DNA of 64,000 nucleotides from a virus. Below are positions 8,956-18,665 of the stretch, piece after piece. The DNA is taken from IMG/VR virus record IMGVR_UViG_3300021960_009431, one strand, 5' to 3'. The notes under the pieces are model-generated. The model was not told the origin of the DNA. It ran no database searches and was given only the letters and a program-made list of their open reading frames with translations. The translations under genes and the position numbers were made by a program. Position 1 is the stretch's first letter, and every line of letters starts with the position of its first letter.

Positions 8956-9211
8956 ACTTTTTTCAGACACTTTATGGATATATACTAGTATAATAGGTGC
9001 TCTTATAGGAGCAGCTTTTCTAGCATACTTTCAAGGCACACATGCTGGATTATATTGTTATGGTAAGCTAGATCAGTTTTTAGACTGGTTAGTAGATAGA
9101 TGGGGATTAACTTGGTTTAAGCAACCAGAAGATGCATGGCGAAAAAAATATCCTTATGTGACAAAGAAAATAGACGAGATAGAGAAAAGATTAGATAGAC
9201 TGGAGAAGTAA
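8939..9211 (+). CDS. Small membrane protein (holin/antiholin candidate)
   Basis: One TM helix, charged C-terminus, immediately upstream of endolysin. Confidence 0.5.
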   Translation: MDILNKLFSDTLWIYTSIIGALIGAAFLAYFQGTHAGLYCYGKLDQFLDWLVDRWGLTWFKQPEDAWRKKYPYVTKKIDEIEKRLDRLEK

Positions 9212-9213
9212 TA

Positions 9214-10083
9214 ATGGGTTTTAAATTTGAATTTACTAAAGATATGTTAGCTGCTATGGTTAACAATTCTGATATCGACGAGTGGTTTGATGCTATGGAA
9301 AGAATCTTACCTGACTTTGATATTGATACCCCAGAAAGAGTCGCTGGATTTGTAGCTCAATGCGCGCACGAGTCAGCTGATTTCAAACGTCTCGAAGAAA
9401 ACTTAAATTATTCAGAAAAAGCATTAAATTCTGTTTTTGGTAGATACTTTGGAGAAGGTAAAAGAGATGCTGCTGAGTATGCTCGTAACCCAGAAAAGAT
9501 TGCTAACTATGTATATCAAGATGAGTTTAGATCTAGAAGAGGTGCATTAGGAAATACTAATCCAGGTGATGGATGGCGCTTTAGAGGTAGAGGTCTAAAA
9601 CAACTTACTGGTAGAAATAATTACAAAGCGTTTGCTAAATCATGCGGTATAACTGCTGAAAAAGCATCTGAGTATCTTGAAACCAAAAAAGGTGCAGTCC
9701 ATTCTGCATGCTGGTTTTGGAAAACAGCAAAATTAAATCGTTATGCAGATAAAAATGATATCCTAGGCATGACAAAAAAGATAAACGGAGGTACAATAGG
9801 TCTTGAAGATCGTACTAACCGTTACGAGAAGGCCATGGCTGTTATGACAGGTAAAGCACCTATCGTTCCTGCCGCGGCGCCATCAGCACCAAAGGGTAAT
9901 ATAGTTAAAAGAGGATCTACCGGTTTAACTGTTAAGGAGATCCAACGACTTATAGGTGTGAGCCCTGCTGATGGTGTATTTGGTCCAGGTACAGAAACTG
10001 CTGTAAAAGCCTGGCAAACTAAGAACGGTCTGACAGCAGATGGTATTGTCGGACCAGCGACGAAAGCTAAAATGAGTAAATAA
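9214..10083 (+). CDS. Endolysin, glycoside hydrolase family 19 with C-terminal peptidoglycan-binding domain
   Basis: AQCAHES, ENLNYS, DGWRFRGRGLKQLTGRNNY, INGGTIGLEDR; C-term DGVFGPGTETAVKAWQ...ADGIVGPAT (PG_binding_1). Confidence 0.93.
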   Translation: MGFKFEFTKDMLAAMVNNSDIDEWFDAMERILPDFDIDTPERVAGFVAQCAHESADFKRLEENLNYSEKALNSVFGRYFGEGKRDAAEYARNPEKIANYVYQDEFRSRRGALGNTNPGDGWRFRGRGLKQLTGRNNYKAFAKSCGITAEKASEYLETKKGAVHSACWFWKTAKLNRYADKNDILGMTKKINGGTIGLEDRTNRYEKAMAVMTGKAPIVPAAAPSAPKGNIVKRGSTGLTVKEIQRLIGVSPADGVFGPGTETAVKAWQTKNGLTADGIVGPATKAKMSK

Positions 10084-10478
10084 TGTTACGCTTATATTTG
10101 TTAATTTTTATTATGGGATTCATAGGTTCTGCTGCATATGGGGCTTATTGGTATTATAATGATACTCAACAACGTATTGCTACGTTAAGAGAAAACAATA
10201 CTAAGTTACAAAGTGTAGCAGAAACACTACAAGCTACTGTGGACACTATTAGTGCTGATAATGAGAGAAATACTGCACTTAATCAAGAATTAACCAAGCA
10301 GCTTCAAGCTGCTGAGGGCGGTTTAGATAGATTGAGAAGAAGATTAAGTCAAATTGATCTAACTCAAGAAGCATTAACTGACCCAGCAGACTTAGAGCGA
10401 CGTATTGACCGTGGAGTCGAGAGACTGATAAATGATTTTAAGAACGATACTAGTACTGAGCCTAGCACTTACGATTAG
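10083..10478 (+). CDS. Inner-membrane spanin (Rz-like)
   Basis: N-terminal TM, periplasmic coiled coil, directly after endolysin, overlaps lipoprotein gene. Confidence 0.75.
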   Translation: MLRLYLLIFIMGFIGSAAYGAYWYYNDTQQRIATLRENNTKLQSVAETLQATVDTISADNERNTALNQELTKQLQAAEGGLDRLRRRLSQIDLTQEALTDPADLERRIDRGVERLINDFKNDTSTEPSTYD

Positions 10479-10791
10479 CGCTTGTTCAGCATTTAAGCCA
10501 GAAAAAGAAATTGTAACTGAGACTAAAATAGTTCGTCAGAATATACCTATACAGGCAAGACCTAAACAAATAGATTTTCCTGAAGTAGATTGGTATGTAG
10601 TTACTGAAGATAATTTAGAAGAATTTCTTCAGCGCATTGAGCAAGATGCTGGTAAAATTGTCTGGATGGCTGTAACACCTAAAGGTTATGAAAATCTATC
10701 TGTAGGAATGCAAGAGCTAAGACGTTACATACTTCAACAAAAAGAAATTATAGTTTATTACGAAACAGCGCTTTCTGAAGTTCCTGAATAA
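10432..10791 (+). CDS. Outer-membrane spanin lipoprotein (Rz1-like)
   Basis: Signal peptide with lipobox ISAC; 47-nt overlap with i-spanin. Confidence 0.75.
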   Translation: MILRTILVLSLALTISACSAFKPEKEIVTETKIVRQNIPIQARPKQIDFPEVDWYVVTEDNLEEFLQRIEQDAGKIVWMAVTPKGYENLSVGMQELRRYILQQKEIIVYYETALSEVPE

Positions 10792-10831
10792 ATAAATACT
10801 ACATACCCATAATAACTATAATAACAGAGGT

Positions 10832-11230
10832 ATGTATATGGCTCCGGGAAAAACATTAGAAGCAGGTTCTATTTTCGCTCATCTTGATACTGATGGAGAT
10901 GGTATCATTACTGATGAAGAAATGGCTCGTGCAAAAGAGATAGCTGAGTTTGATCATCGTCGTAAGATGCAAGATAATGAAGATAAAAAAGAAGATCAGA
11001 TAAGATCTATGGCTTGGTTTGCTCTTTGGGGCATGCTTCTCTATCCTATTACAATTATTGCTACTTCTCTTGCAGGCCAAGAAAATGCTGCGCAATTAAT
11101 TAGTGATATCGCCCCTACATATTTTGTTGCAATAGCTGGTTTAGTAGCTGCATTCTTTGGTGCTCAAGCTTACTCTAAAGGTAAGAGCAATGGCAATGGC
11201 AATGGCAGTGATACTAAAGGAACTTATTAA
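10832..11230 (+). CDS. EF-hand plus two-TM membrane protein (holin candidate)
   Basis: DTDGDGIITDEE loop; two hydrophobic helices; ATAAATA upstream. Confidence 0.55.
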   Translation: MYMAPGKTLEAGSIFAHLDTDGDGIITDEEMARAKEIAEFDHRRKMQDNEDKKEDQIRSMAWFALWGMLLYPITIIATSLAGQENAAQLISDIAPTYFVAIAGLVAAFFGAQAYSKGKSNGNGNGSDTKGTY

Positions 11231-11247
11231 AATAAATAGGTGGCACA

Positions 11248-11553
11248 ATGCCAAGTCAAATTTTAGTTCAGGAACCAGTTTTAACTATGGAAAATAGATT
11301 AGATAAGATTGAGGAAAAGATAGACAAGCTTACTGATGCTATGGTCTCTATCGCACGTGCTGAAGTTAAGCTTCAGCAGATGGAAAAAAACTGGCAAACT
11401 AATTATGAACGAATGAATCGTTTTAGTGAGAAGCTTGATAGTATAGAAGATCAAGTAAAAGATAACGCTAATACTGTCGGTATAATAAATAAATTATTCT
11501 GGGTAGCTATAATAGCTATTGCTGGAGCAGTCGCAGCTCAAATGTGGATGTAA
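11248..11553 (+). CDS. Coiled-coil protein with C-terminal TM (XhlA/holin-associated-like)
   Basis: RLDKIEEKIDKL heptads, C-terminal hydrophobic helix. Confidence 0.5.
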   Translation: MPSQILVQEPVLTMENRLDKIEEKIDKLTDAMVSIARAEVKLQQMEKNWQTNYERMNRFSEKLDSIEDQVKDNANTVGIINKLFWVAIIAIAGAVAAQMWM

Positions 11554-11570
11554 ATAACTGTAAATAACAG

Positions 11571-11599
11571 TTGAACTACCTTTAAATTTATACTATAAT
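11571..11599 (+). promoter_or_regulatory. sigma70-type early promoter
   Basis: TTGAAC-N17-TATAAT upstream of primase. Confidence 0.75.
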
Positions 11600-11630
11600 C
11601 AACGTGTAGCGTTTGATGAATGGATTTATT

Positions 11631-12632
11631 ATGTCTGAATATATTGATGTTAAGTATATAAATTTACTCTCTCCCCGTCTAGATAGATATAAGATAAAGA
11701 ATAGCAGTCCTTTTACTGCTAACTTTAGATGTCCTGTGTGCGGTGATTCTAAAAAGAATAGACATAAAGCTAGAGGATATGTATTCTCTCGTAAAGGTGG
11801 TTTATTCTATAAATGTCATAATTGTGGTATGGGAACCTCTCTTGGCAATCTTATGAAAGAAATAGATCCTACTTTGTACAACCAGTATGTGATGGAAAGA
11901 TATAAAGAAGGTAATGTAAGACAGTCTCATGCTAACGTTACTACAGTAATGGATTTTGTACCTGAGTTTAAAAAGAAAAATCTTTTAGACGAGTTGCTTG
12001 ACCCGGTAAAAGGTAGTCCTGCTGAAGATTATTTACGCAATCGTATGATACCTGAATCATGCTGGAAAGATTTATATTATATAGATAATATAGAGAAAAT
12101 AGAACAACTGTCTGAGAAATATAAAGACCGTATTATTGGCAATGAGTCTCGCTTGGTCTTACCGTTTTTAGATAGAAGTGGTAAGTTAGTAGGTGTTACA
12201 TGTAGAGCATTGGGAGACGAAAGGCTCCGCTATGTTACCGTTAGGGTAAACGATGATCTTCCCATGATATATGGTCTAGATAAAGTAGATATAACTAAAG
12301 ATATATACGTTACAGAAGGTCCTATTGATAGTTTATTTTTAAATAATGCTGTAGCTGTAGGTAATACAGATTTAAAGCAAGTAAGTAATAACTTGCCTTT
12401 TGAACGATTAGTCTTTATATTTGATAATCAGCCTAGAAATATTGAATTAGTAAAGATAATGGAACGTGCTGCTGAGAGCGGAGCTCGTATGGTAGTATGG
12501 CCAGAAAATATTTTAGAAAAAGATATAAATGATATGATTCTTAAAGGAATAAACGTAGAAGAAGTTATAAGTACTACTACCTTCTGCGGCCTAGAATTGA
12601 AGTTGAAATTAACGAAATGGAAAAAAGTATAA
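11631..12632 (+). CDS. gp61: DNA primase (T4 gp61 family)
   Basis: Zn finger NFRCPVCGDS...YKCHNCG; TOPRIM VTEGPIDSLF, FDNQPRN, KDINDM. Confidence 0.93.
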   Translation: MSEYIDVKYINLLSPRLDRYKIKNSSPFTANFRCPVCGDSKKNRHKARGYVFSRKGGLFYKCHNCGMGTSLGNLMKEIDPTLYNQYVMERYKEGNVRQSHANVTTVMDFVPEFKKKNLLDELLDPVKGSPAEDYLRNRMIPESCWKDLYYIDNIEKIEQLSEKYKDRIIGNESRLVLPFLDRSGKLVGVTCRALGDERLRYVTVRVNDDLPMIYGLDKVDITKDIYVTEGPIDSLFLNNAVAVGNTDLKQVSNNLPFERLVFIFDNQPRNIELVKIMERAAESGARMVVWPENILEKDINDMILKGINVEEVISTTTFCGLELKLKLTKWKKV

Positions 12633-12633
12633 A

Positions 12634-13317
12634 ATGCATGCCAGACTTCTATCCCATAGCCAGCCCTCTTATCGTGTCCATGCCGGAGAAACGATGCACG
12701 GGCTTGACAACATCCAAGACCTCATCGCGTATTGCGCCCGTGTCTCCAACCCACAAAACCAAATTAACACCAAAACAACACCAAAACTCCTCGAATACCT
12801 TATCAAGCACAAGCACTGGTCGCCGTTCGAGATGGCAAGTGCTTGTGTAGAAGTAACAACAACAAGAGATATTGCAAGACAGTTTTTAAGACATAGATCA
12901 TTTTCATTTCAAGAGTACTCTCAACGATATGCTAATATAGAAGATTTAGATAGTGAGTTTATAGTTAGAGAAGCGAGACTGCAAGATGAAAAAAATAGAC
13001 AAAATTCTATACCATGTGAGAATGAAGAGCTTCGAATGTCATGGGAAGCTAAACAATTACAGATAATTCACGAATGTAAATTAGCATATAAGTGGGCTAT
13101 CTCAAATGGAATAGCTAAAGAACAGGCTCGAGCTGTATTACCAGAAGGCAATACTGTCTCTAAGCTTTATGTTAATGGCACAATTAGATCATGGATTCAT
13201 TACATTGAATTGCGATCCGCAAACGGTACACAAAAAGAACATATAGAGCTGGCTAGAGAGATAGCAATTGCTATTAGCAATATATTCCCTCTAGTAGATG
13301 AAATTATTAACCGATAA
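12634..13317 (+). CDS. thyX: FAD-dependent thymidylate synthase
   Basis: HWSPFE, RHRSFSFQEYSQRY signature, ARAVLP. Confidence 0.96.
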   Translation: MHARLLSHSQPSYRVHAGETMHGLDNIQDLIAYCARVSNPQNQINTKTTPKLLEYLIKHKHWSPFEMASACVEVTTTRDIARQFLRHRSFSFQEYSQRYANIEDLDSEFIVREARLQDEKNRQNSIPCENEELRMSWEAKQLQIIHECKLAYKWAISNGIAKEQARAVLPEGNTVSKLYVNGTIRSWIHYIELRSANGTQKEHIELAREIAIAISNIFPLVDEIINR

Positions 13318-13329
13318 GGAAGAAAACGA

Positions 13330-15549
13330 ATGCTAAAAGTCGTCCCCACTATTAAAGAAAACGATACGAGATCTTTGATGTCTCAAACTAAATTTTATGA
13401 GGCTTATTCGCGCTGGGACGATAGTAAGGATCGTTATGAAAGCTGGGAAGAATCGGTAACTCGTGTTATGGATATGCATCGCGATTACTATAAGGAAAAG
13501 ATGACACCTGAGCTATCTCAATTGATTGACGAAGCTGAATCACTTTACAAGCTAAAATACGCATTAGGTGCTCAACGTGCTCTACAGTTTGGCGGAGAGT
13601 CTCTTCTCAAACATCAAATGCGTATGTATAACTGTACAAGCACATATGCTGATAGACCTCGTTTTTTCTCAGAGCTATTTTATGTATTGTTATGTGGTGC
13701 GGGTGCAGGCTTTTCTGTACAGAAACATCATGTAGAAAAACTACCAAAGATTGCAGAACGTAAAAAGCAAGCTAAAGGTTGGGTAGTAGGAGACTCTGTA
13801 GAGGGCTGGGCAGATGCTCTCGGTGCATTGATGTCTTCTTACTTTGTAGATAATCAACAGTTTCCAGAAATGACTGGTCGTAAAATTTACTTCGACTTAA
13901 ATAATGTACGGCCGAAGGGTGCTATGATCTCTGGTGGTTTTAAAGCTCCAGGACCAGAACCTCTACGTAGAGCTCTAGATAATATTGAACATCTTATACA
14001 AGGTGTAGTATTATCTGGTAGAGATAGATTACAACCTATTGAAGTATACGATATTGCAATGTATGCAGCAGATGCTGTGCTTGCTGGTGGTGTAAGACGT
14101 TCTGCTACTATATGTTTATTCTCAAAAGATGATAAGGAGATGATGAATGCTAAGACCGGAAATTGGTTTACTGATAACCCTCAGCGTGGTCGTAGTAACA
14201 ACAGCGCTGTTATTGTACGAGACGAATGCACTAAAGAAGAGTTTAAAGAACTTATGCAATCAATTAAAGAGTTCGGAGAGCCCGGATTCTATTTCGTAGA
14301 AGATAAAGATTTTACTACTAACCCTTGTGTAGAGATTGGAATGTATCCACAGATTAATGGTGAGTCTGGATGGCAAGGATGCAACTTAACAGAGATTAAT
14401 GGTGGTAAATGTACTACTAAAGAAGAATTTTTTAAAGCGTGTCGTGCTGGTTCTATTATGGGAACCTTGCAAGCTGGTTACACTGATTTTAAATATCTAG
14501 ATGAAAATACTAAAGCTATTTTTGAAAGAGAGGCTCTACTTGGTGTATCAATTACTGGTTGGATGAACAACCCAGATATTCTTCTTGATAAAGAAATACA
14601 GATTGAAGGAGCTGAAATTGTTAAACAAGTTAATAGAGAAGTTGCTGCGCTTCTTGGAATCAATCCTGCGGCTAGAACCACTTGTGTTAAACCGTCCGGA
14701 AATGCTTCTGTATTACTCGAAACTGCTTCTGGCATTCATGCTGAGCATTCACCTAATTATATTCGGCATGTACAGCTAAACAAAGATACAGAAGTAGCTC
14801 AACTAATTGCTGCCACTAATCCATATATGATTGAAGAATCAGTATGGTCTGCTGGAAGAACAGATTATGTAGTAGGATTTCCTATTATTACTAAGAAAGG
14901 TTCTCTATATAAAGAAGAATTGTATGGTACTAGTCTATTAGAAAAAGTAAAATTAGTTCAGCAGAACTGGGTTGAAGCTGGTACTAATCCAGAGCTATGT
15001 GCTCAGCCTGATCTCCGTCATAATGTATCCAACACTGTAACTGTACCAGATTACATGTGGACAGAAGTAGAAGATTATGTGTATGATAATCGTCATAGCT
15101 TTGCTGGTATTTCTTTTCTTGGCGCATCTGGAGATAAAGCTTTTAATCAAGCACCTATGACTGAAGTCTTAACTGAAGAGCAAATTGTAAATAAGTATGG
15201 ACGCGCAGCCTTATTCGCTGCCGGGCTCATTGTTGATACTACAAAAGGTTTTAATGATCTATGGGAAGCAACATCTGTAGCAAGATTTAACGGTCAAACA
15301 GGTGGAGAAATGTCAGATCAAAGAGCTGATTGGATTAGACGTTTTGATAAGTTTGCAGGCAACTATTTTGAGGGAGAGGCAGAAGCAGCAGAACATTGTT
15401 TGAAAGATGTATTCTTACTTCATAAATGGACTAAAATTCAACAAAATTTACAACCTATTGACTTTGTATCCCAGCTTACAGAGAAGAAATATACAGATGT
15501 AGATACTATGGGGGCTATTGCTTGTGCAGCAGGTGCATGCGAAATCTAA
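13330..15549 (+). CDS. nrdJ: Ribonucleotide reductase, class II (adenosylcobalamin-dependent, RTPR-type)
   Basis: TNPCVEI, GCNLTEIN, TCVKPSG, C-terminal CAAGACEI; no nrdB adjacent. Confidence 0.85.
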   Translation: MLKVVPTIKENDTRSLMSQTKFYEAYSRWDDSKDRYESWEESVTRVMDMHRDYYKEKMTPELSQLIDEAESLYKLKYALGAQRALQFGGESLLKHQMRMYNCTSTYADRPRFFSELFYVLLCGAGAGFSVQKHHVEKLPKIAERKKQAKGWVVGDSVEGWADALGALMSSYFVDNQQFPEMTGRKIYFDLNNVRPKGAMISGGFKAPGPEPLRRALDNIEHLIQGVVLSGRDRLQPIEVYDIAMYAADAVLAGGVRRSATICLFSKDDKEMMNAKTGNWFTDNPQRGRSNNSAVIVRDECTKEEFKELMQSIKEFGEPGFYFVEDKDFTTNPCVEIGMYPQINGESGWQGCNLTEINGGKCTTKEEFFKACRAGSIMGTLQAGYTDFKYLDENTKAIFEREALLGVSITGWMNNPDILLDKEIQIEGAEIVKQVNREVAALLGINPAARTTCVKPSGNASVLLETASGIHAEHSPNYIRHVQLNKDTEVAQLIAATNPYMIEESVWSAGRTDYVVGFPIITKKGSLYKEELYGTSLLEKVKLVQQNWVEAGTNPELCAQPDLRHNVSNTVTVPDYMWTEVEDYVYDNRHSFAGISFLGASGDKAFNQAPMTEVLTEEQIVNKYGRAALFAAGLIVDTTKGFNDLWEATSVARFNGQTGGEMSDQRADWIRRFDKFAGNYFEGEAEAAEHCLKDVFLLHKWTKIQQNLQPIDFVSQLTEKKYTDVDTMGAIACAAGACEI

Positions 15550-15712
15550 TAGCCCGTGTATAAATGTATGTACTATAATCGACGGCTACTGTAAAGGTTG
15601 CCGTCGAACTGCATATGAGATAACTAGCTGGGCTAAGTATACCGATAATGAAAGAATGAATGTATTAATCGAACTGGATAAACGTGATGATAGAAATATG
15701 GGGAAAACCTAA
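15518..15712 (+). CDS. DUF1289-like Cys-rich protein
   Basis: SPCINVC...CKGCRRT..EI..W; start uncertain. Confidence 0.75.
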   Translation: MLVQQVHAKSNSPCINVCTIIDGYCKGCRRTAYEITSWAKYTDNERMNVLIELDKRDDRNMGKT

Positions 15713-15938
15713 TTGTACGTTTTGTGATCAAGCAAAAAGTTTATGTGAAAAAAGAGAATTAAAGTACACATATAAAATATTAGGAAAAGACTTCACACGA
15801 GAAGAGATCTTAGAAGAATTTCCTAACGCTAGAACTTTTCCACAAATAAAAATTAATAATATTGCTATAGGTGGTCATCAAGAATTAGCTTTATATATAG
15901 AAGATACTAGTTATAATGGAACGGGGTTTAGTTTATAA
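15684..15938 (+). CDS. nrdC: Glutaredoxin
   Basis: CTFC active site, RTFPQI, IGG. Confidence 0.9.
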   Translation: MMIEIWGKPNCTFCDQAKSLCEKRELKYTYKILGKDFTREEILEEFPNARTFPQIKINNIAIGGHQELALYIEDTSYNGTGFSL

Positions 15939-15940
15939 TT

Positions 15941-16357
15941 ATGAAAATTGGATTTACTTGCTCGGCATTTGATTTACTTCATGCCGGGCATATTCAAATG
16001 TTAAGAGATGCTAAATCTCAATGCGATTATTTAATTTGTGGCTTACAAGTTGACCCTGCTATGGACCGTCATACTAAAAATTCTCCAGTTCAAAGTTTAG
16101 TAGAGAGATATATACAACTGACAGCAGTTAAGTATGTTGATGAAATTATACCATACGAGACAGAAGATGACTTGAATGATTTGCTTGAAATACTTCCTAT
16201 TGATCTTCGTATTTTAGGTGAAGAATATAAAGAGAAAGATTTTACAGGAAAAGACGTTTGTAGACGGCGAGGTATAGAATTGTATTTTAATAAACGAGAT
16301 CACAGATTTAGTTCATCATCATTAAGAAAACGTGTACAAGAAAACAAATATTTGTAA
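15941..16357 (+). CDS. tagD: Glycerol-3-phosphate cytidylyltransferase-like protein
   Basis: FDLLHAGH, VKYVDEIIPY, RDHRFSSSSLR. Confidence 0.85.
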   Translation: MKIGFTCSAFDLLHAGHIQMLRDAKSQCDYLICGLQVDPAMDRHTKNSPVQSLVERYIQLTAVKYVDEIIPYETEDDLNDLLEILPIDLRILGEEYKEKDFTGKDVCRRRGIELYFNKRDHRFSSSSLRKRVQENKYL

Positions 16358-17013
16358 TGATAAAACCGTTTGTAAGTGATAATCTATTTGAAATAAATTA
16401 TGATGCAGAGATAATTTATGACAACATAGGCAATGTAATTTATATAGATAATATATTTAAAAATTATGATGAAATATTAGATAATGTCTATAATGTAAAT
16501 GTAGAAAGTTGGAAGAAATCAAGTAATTCAAGAAACTTTATAGATTATTATGATTGTAGATTATATTATATGAATCACAATTCGTTGAGTAAAGATGTAA
16601 ACTATTTTTACAATATAATGGAAAGATATTTTAATTTAGAAAATCATGATTTATCGTTTGAAAAAAGTTATACATTTAATTATTTTAAAAATAATATTAA
16701 AGGGTTAAAAAATAATTTCCAACATTACCCGCATTATGATCATGCATTTAATATTATATTTTATTTAGACACGGTGTGTGATGGTGGTACTATAATCTAT
16801 GAAAATCAAACTAATTGGATAAATAAAGAATCTGATAATTTATTTTGTGATATTAAAGATCTTAAAATAGAATATATTATAAAATCAAAACCAAACAGAG
16901 CAGTAATTTTTAATGGTAATAGATTACACGGCGGATATATAGAAAATCATGATGTGTATTACTATAATTGGAGAATAAATATGGTTAATTTTGTCGAGGC
17001 AGTTAATAAATGA
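16357..17013 (+). CDS. 2OG-Fe(II) oxygenase-like protein
   Basis: PHYD...GGT...NRAVIF...LHG...WR facial-triad pattern; very AT-rich. Confidence 0.7.
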   Translation: MIKPFVSDNLFEINYDAEIIYDNIGNVIYIDNIFKNYDEILDNVYNVNVESWKKSSNSRNFIDYYDCRLYYMNHNSLSKDVNYFYNIMERYFNLENHDLSFEKSYTFNYFKNNIKGLKNNFQHYPHYDHAFNIIFYLDTVCDGGTIIYENQTNWINKESDNLFCDIKDLKIEYIIKSKPNRAVIFNGNRLHGGYIENHDVYYYNWRINMVNFVEAVNK

Positions 17014-17189
17014 ACAGAAAGACATTAGAAGATTTTACATGTGATTCATGTGGAGCAGAATATACTGTCACATATGTGGAAGAAGATATTATGGAAGAGC
17101 CAGTATATTGTCCCTTCTGTGCTAACGAGCTAGATACTTATGACATTGAAGAAGAGTTTCAAGGCGAATTAAATTTCGAAGATGAGTAA
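17010..17189 (+). CDS. Acidic zinc-ribbon protein (59 aa, not in ORF track)
   Basis: MNRKTLEDFTCDSCGAEY...YCPFCANE...; fills the gap with coupled start/stop. Confidence 0.7.
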   Translation: MNRKTLEDFTCDSCGAEYTVTYVEEDIMEEPVYCPFCANELDTYDIEEEFQGELNFEDE

Positions 17190-17611
17190 TGTGGTTATAT
17201 AAAGGTAAGGAATTTACCTCTGATATGATTGACGACAATTTTGGTTTTGTATATGAGATTAGTGATTTAGATAATGGTAAGAAATATATTGGTAAAAAAT
17301 GGTTTTGGAGTACACGAAAGAGACCCCCATTAAAAGGTAAAACTAGAAAAAGAATAGTTAAAAGTGAATCTGACTGGCAGGACTACTTTGGGTCTAGTGA
17401 TGAAGTAAAACTGTTAGTAGAAGAATCTGGAAGAGAGAGATTTAGTCGAGAAATACTCCATCTGTGTAAAACAAAAGGTGAGTGTACTTATTTCGAAGCT
17501 AAGATTCAATTTGAAAGAGATGTATTATTAAGTGATGAATATTATAACGAATTTATAGGTTGTAAGATTCATTCCAAGCATGTGAGTACTTTACGAGATG
17601 ATAGTTCATGA
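17189..17611 (+). CDS. denA: GIY-YIG endonuclease, T4 endonuclease II-like
   Basis: FGFVYEI...KYIGKK, SDWQDYFGS, FSREIL, YYNEFI. Confidence 0.8.
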   Translation: MWLYKGKEFTSDMIDDNFGFVYEISDLDNGKKYIGKKWFWSTRKRPPLKGKTRKRIVKSESDWQDYFGSSDEVKLLVEESGRERFSREILHLCKTKGECTYFEAKIQFERDVLLSDEYYNEFIGCKIHSKHVSTLRDDSS

Positions 17612-18665
17612 AACTCCTACACCTGATGGTGAATTAGTTAAAAAATCTAATTTTAGAGAATATGTAATAAGTGGAAGAGAGTTTAAATATAGAGCTCCTC
17701 CTTGTGAAATAATTACATTTGAAGATGCAATAGCAGTAAGTGGTTCATGGGAACATGGATTAGCTGGTGTAGTTAAAGACGGTAAATTTTATCATGAACG
17801 CTTTACTAAAGATGCTCAAAATTTTAGAACTAAGAGTCCTTTTTGGACTAATGCATCCGGTGAATTTAATATTGATATTGAATATATAGAGCAAAAAAAT
17901 ACTAAAATAGAGCAATGCTTTACCTGGTTTAATATAGGTCAATATTGGCATTGGTTCTTTGAAGACCTCCCTCTTATAGAAGCATTTCGTCAAAGAGATG
18001 GAGTAATTTTTACTAATCATTTAACTCAGTGGCAGTTAGATAGTTTAGATTTCTTTCCTGATATAAAAAAACGAATTGTACAGTTAGATACCCCAATATC
18101 AATTAACTGTAAAAAAATTCATGTTGCAACCTATCCTGCGATATCCTATAGAGGTAAAGCTGCAACATGGGCTGTTGAATTCTTACGTGATAATTTAAAA
18201 GGTAATCCTATAGAAGATAGTCCTAAAAGAGTCTATATATCTCGTAATGATGCAATTGCAAGAAACGTAGATAATGATTCTGAAGTTATAGACGTATTAG
18301 TAAATGAGTATGATTTTTTCCCTATGAATACTCATAAAGAAAATTCTATGTCAGGAATGTCATTACAGCAGAAACTAGATATGTTTGCTACTGCTGATGT
18401 CGTAGTAAGTCCAACAGGTGCTGGGTTAACTCATACTCATGCTATGAAACCAGGATCTACAGTTATTGATTTTAATCATTCATTCGAAGTTTCAGAAGAG
18501 TGTGGATGGAATAATATTGCTATTCCATGCGGTTTAAACTGGCATACTTTTGAAGCTGAGACTACTAAAATGTCTGATAGACCAAAAAAGAAAAATTCTC
18601 ATATGAGAGTTGATATTAATAAGTTGAGAGAAACTCTAGATAATGCACTTAGTAAAGTATCTTAA
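17598..18665 (+). CDS. Glycosyltransferase family 61-like
   Basis: YWHWFFEDLP, RVYISR, Q..MFATADVVVSPTGAGLTH. Confidence 0.8.
   Translation: MIVHETPTPDGELVKKSNFREYVISGREFKYRAPPCEIITFEDAIAVSGSWEHGLAGVVKDGKFYHERFTKDAQNFRTKSPFWTNASGEFNIDIEYIEQKNTKIEQCFTWFNIGQYWHWFFEDLPLIEAFRQRDGVIFTNHLTQWQLDSLDFFPDIKKRIVQLDTPISINCKKIHVATYPAISYRGKAATWAVEFLRDNLKGNPIEDSPKRVYISRNDAIARNVDNDSEVIDVLVNEYDFFPMNTHKENSMSGMSLQQKLDMFATADVVVSPTGAGLTHTHAMKPGSTVIDFNHSFEVSEECGWNNIAIPCGLNWHTFEAETTKMSDRPKKKNSHMRVDINKLRETLDNALSKVS

Noticed and set aside
11188-11208. Short tandem repeat CAATGG x3
   Set aside because: Simply encodes an NGNGNG low-complexity tail
13330-15549. Intron or intein in nrdJ, thyX or primase
   Set aside because: Frames are continuous and of expected length, with no splicing motifs
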